From Enterobacteriaceae endosymbiont of Donacia provostii (lineage in GTDB: Bacteria > Pseudomonadota > Gammaproteobacteria > Enterobacterales > Enterobacteriaceae), in contig NZ_CP046206.1 of assembly GCF_012570145.1 (NCBI RefSeq), forward strand, positions 314,955-346,954: DNA of 32,000 nt, read 5' to 3'. The notes beneath the pieces are model-generated. The model searched no databases. It was not told the DNA's origin and saw only the letters and a list, made by a program, of their open reading frames with translations. Of this stretch, positions 31,916 to 32,000 are shown one piece after another. Position numbers and translations under genes: made by a program. Each line of letters opens with the position of its first letter. Position 1 is the stretch's first letter.

Positions 31916-32000
31916 TTACAACCCACAATCGTCTAAATATTTTAAATAAATTTAACTATAAATTAATTACTTAATTATTTATTATTTAAAAAATTTTTAC

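Noticed and set aside
31916-32000. Absence of a tRNA or 16S gene upstream of 23S as evidence for an unlinked rRNA operon
   Set aside because: Only 85 nt upstream are visible. In E. coli the spacer tRNA ends more than 150 nt before the 23S gene, so the window cannot decide this.

Overview
This is a very AT-rich, gene-dense window that uses the standard genetic code. By eye, protein-coding DNA is about 20-25% GC and only the rRNA/tRNA genes reach about 45-50% GC. It looks like a reduced gammaproteobacterial (Enterobacterales-derived) obligate endosymbiont of the Buchnera/Wigglesworthia/Blochmannia kind. I cannot name the species from the sequence alone. All content is core housekeeping. On the minus strand, 1-17.4 kb holds one co-oriented block: fkpA, tusDCB, rpsL-rpsG-fusA-tuf, secE-nusG, rplKAJL and rpoB-rpoC (rpoC has a GTG start and its 3' end runs off the window). 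Next come asd and ung on the minus strand. On the plus strand are rpsF-rpsR-rplI, an SRP 4.5S RNA gene (ffs) that an ORF track cannot show, a short dnaX, htpG, aroK-aroB, rpe and trpS. The window ends on the minus strand with crp, a thrU-tyrU-glyT-thrT-type tRNA cluster, 5S rRNA and a complete 23S rRNA. I found no mobile elements, CRISPR, phage or defence genes, toxin-antitoxin pairs or credible orphan ORFs. I do not see a candidate novel multi-gene system and will not invent one. Seven observations merit a second look. (1) CRP keeps its DNA-binding helix and AR1 but has lost key cAMP-pocket residues (R82E, S83I, S128F, plus G141R). (2) crp sits in the slot that tufB occupies in E. coli, 77 nt downstream of a fused 23S-5S-tRNA cluster. 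(3) A single tuf gene bridges the str operon and secE-nusG-rplKAJL-rpoBC, which looks like the scar of tufA/tufB recombination. (4) None of the four tRNA genes encodes CCA. (5) DnaX is reduced to the gamma core, with ybaB and recR missing. (6) Essential genes carry A14-A15 homopolymers. (7) Several in-operon gene losses are visible (priB, dam/damX, gph, yheO). All comparisons with E. coli proteins and RNAs are from memory and should be re-run with real alignments.
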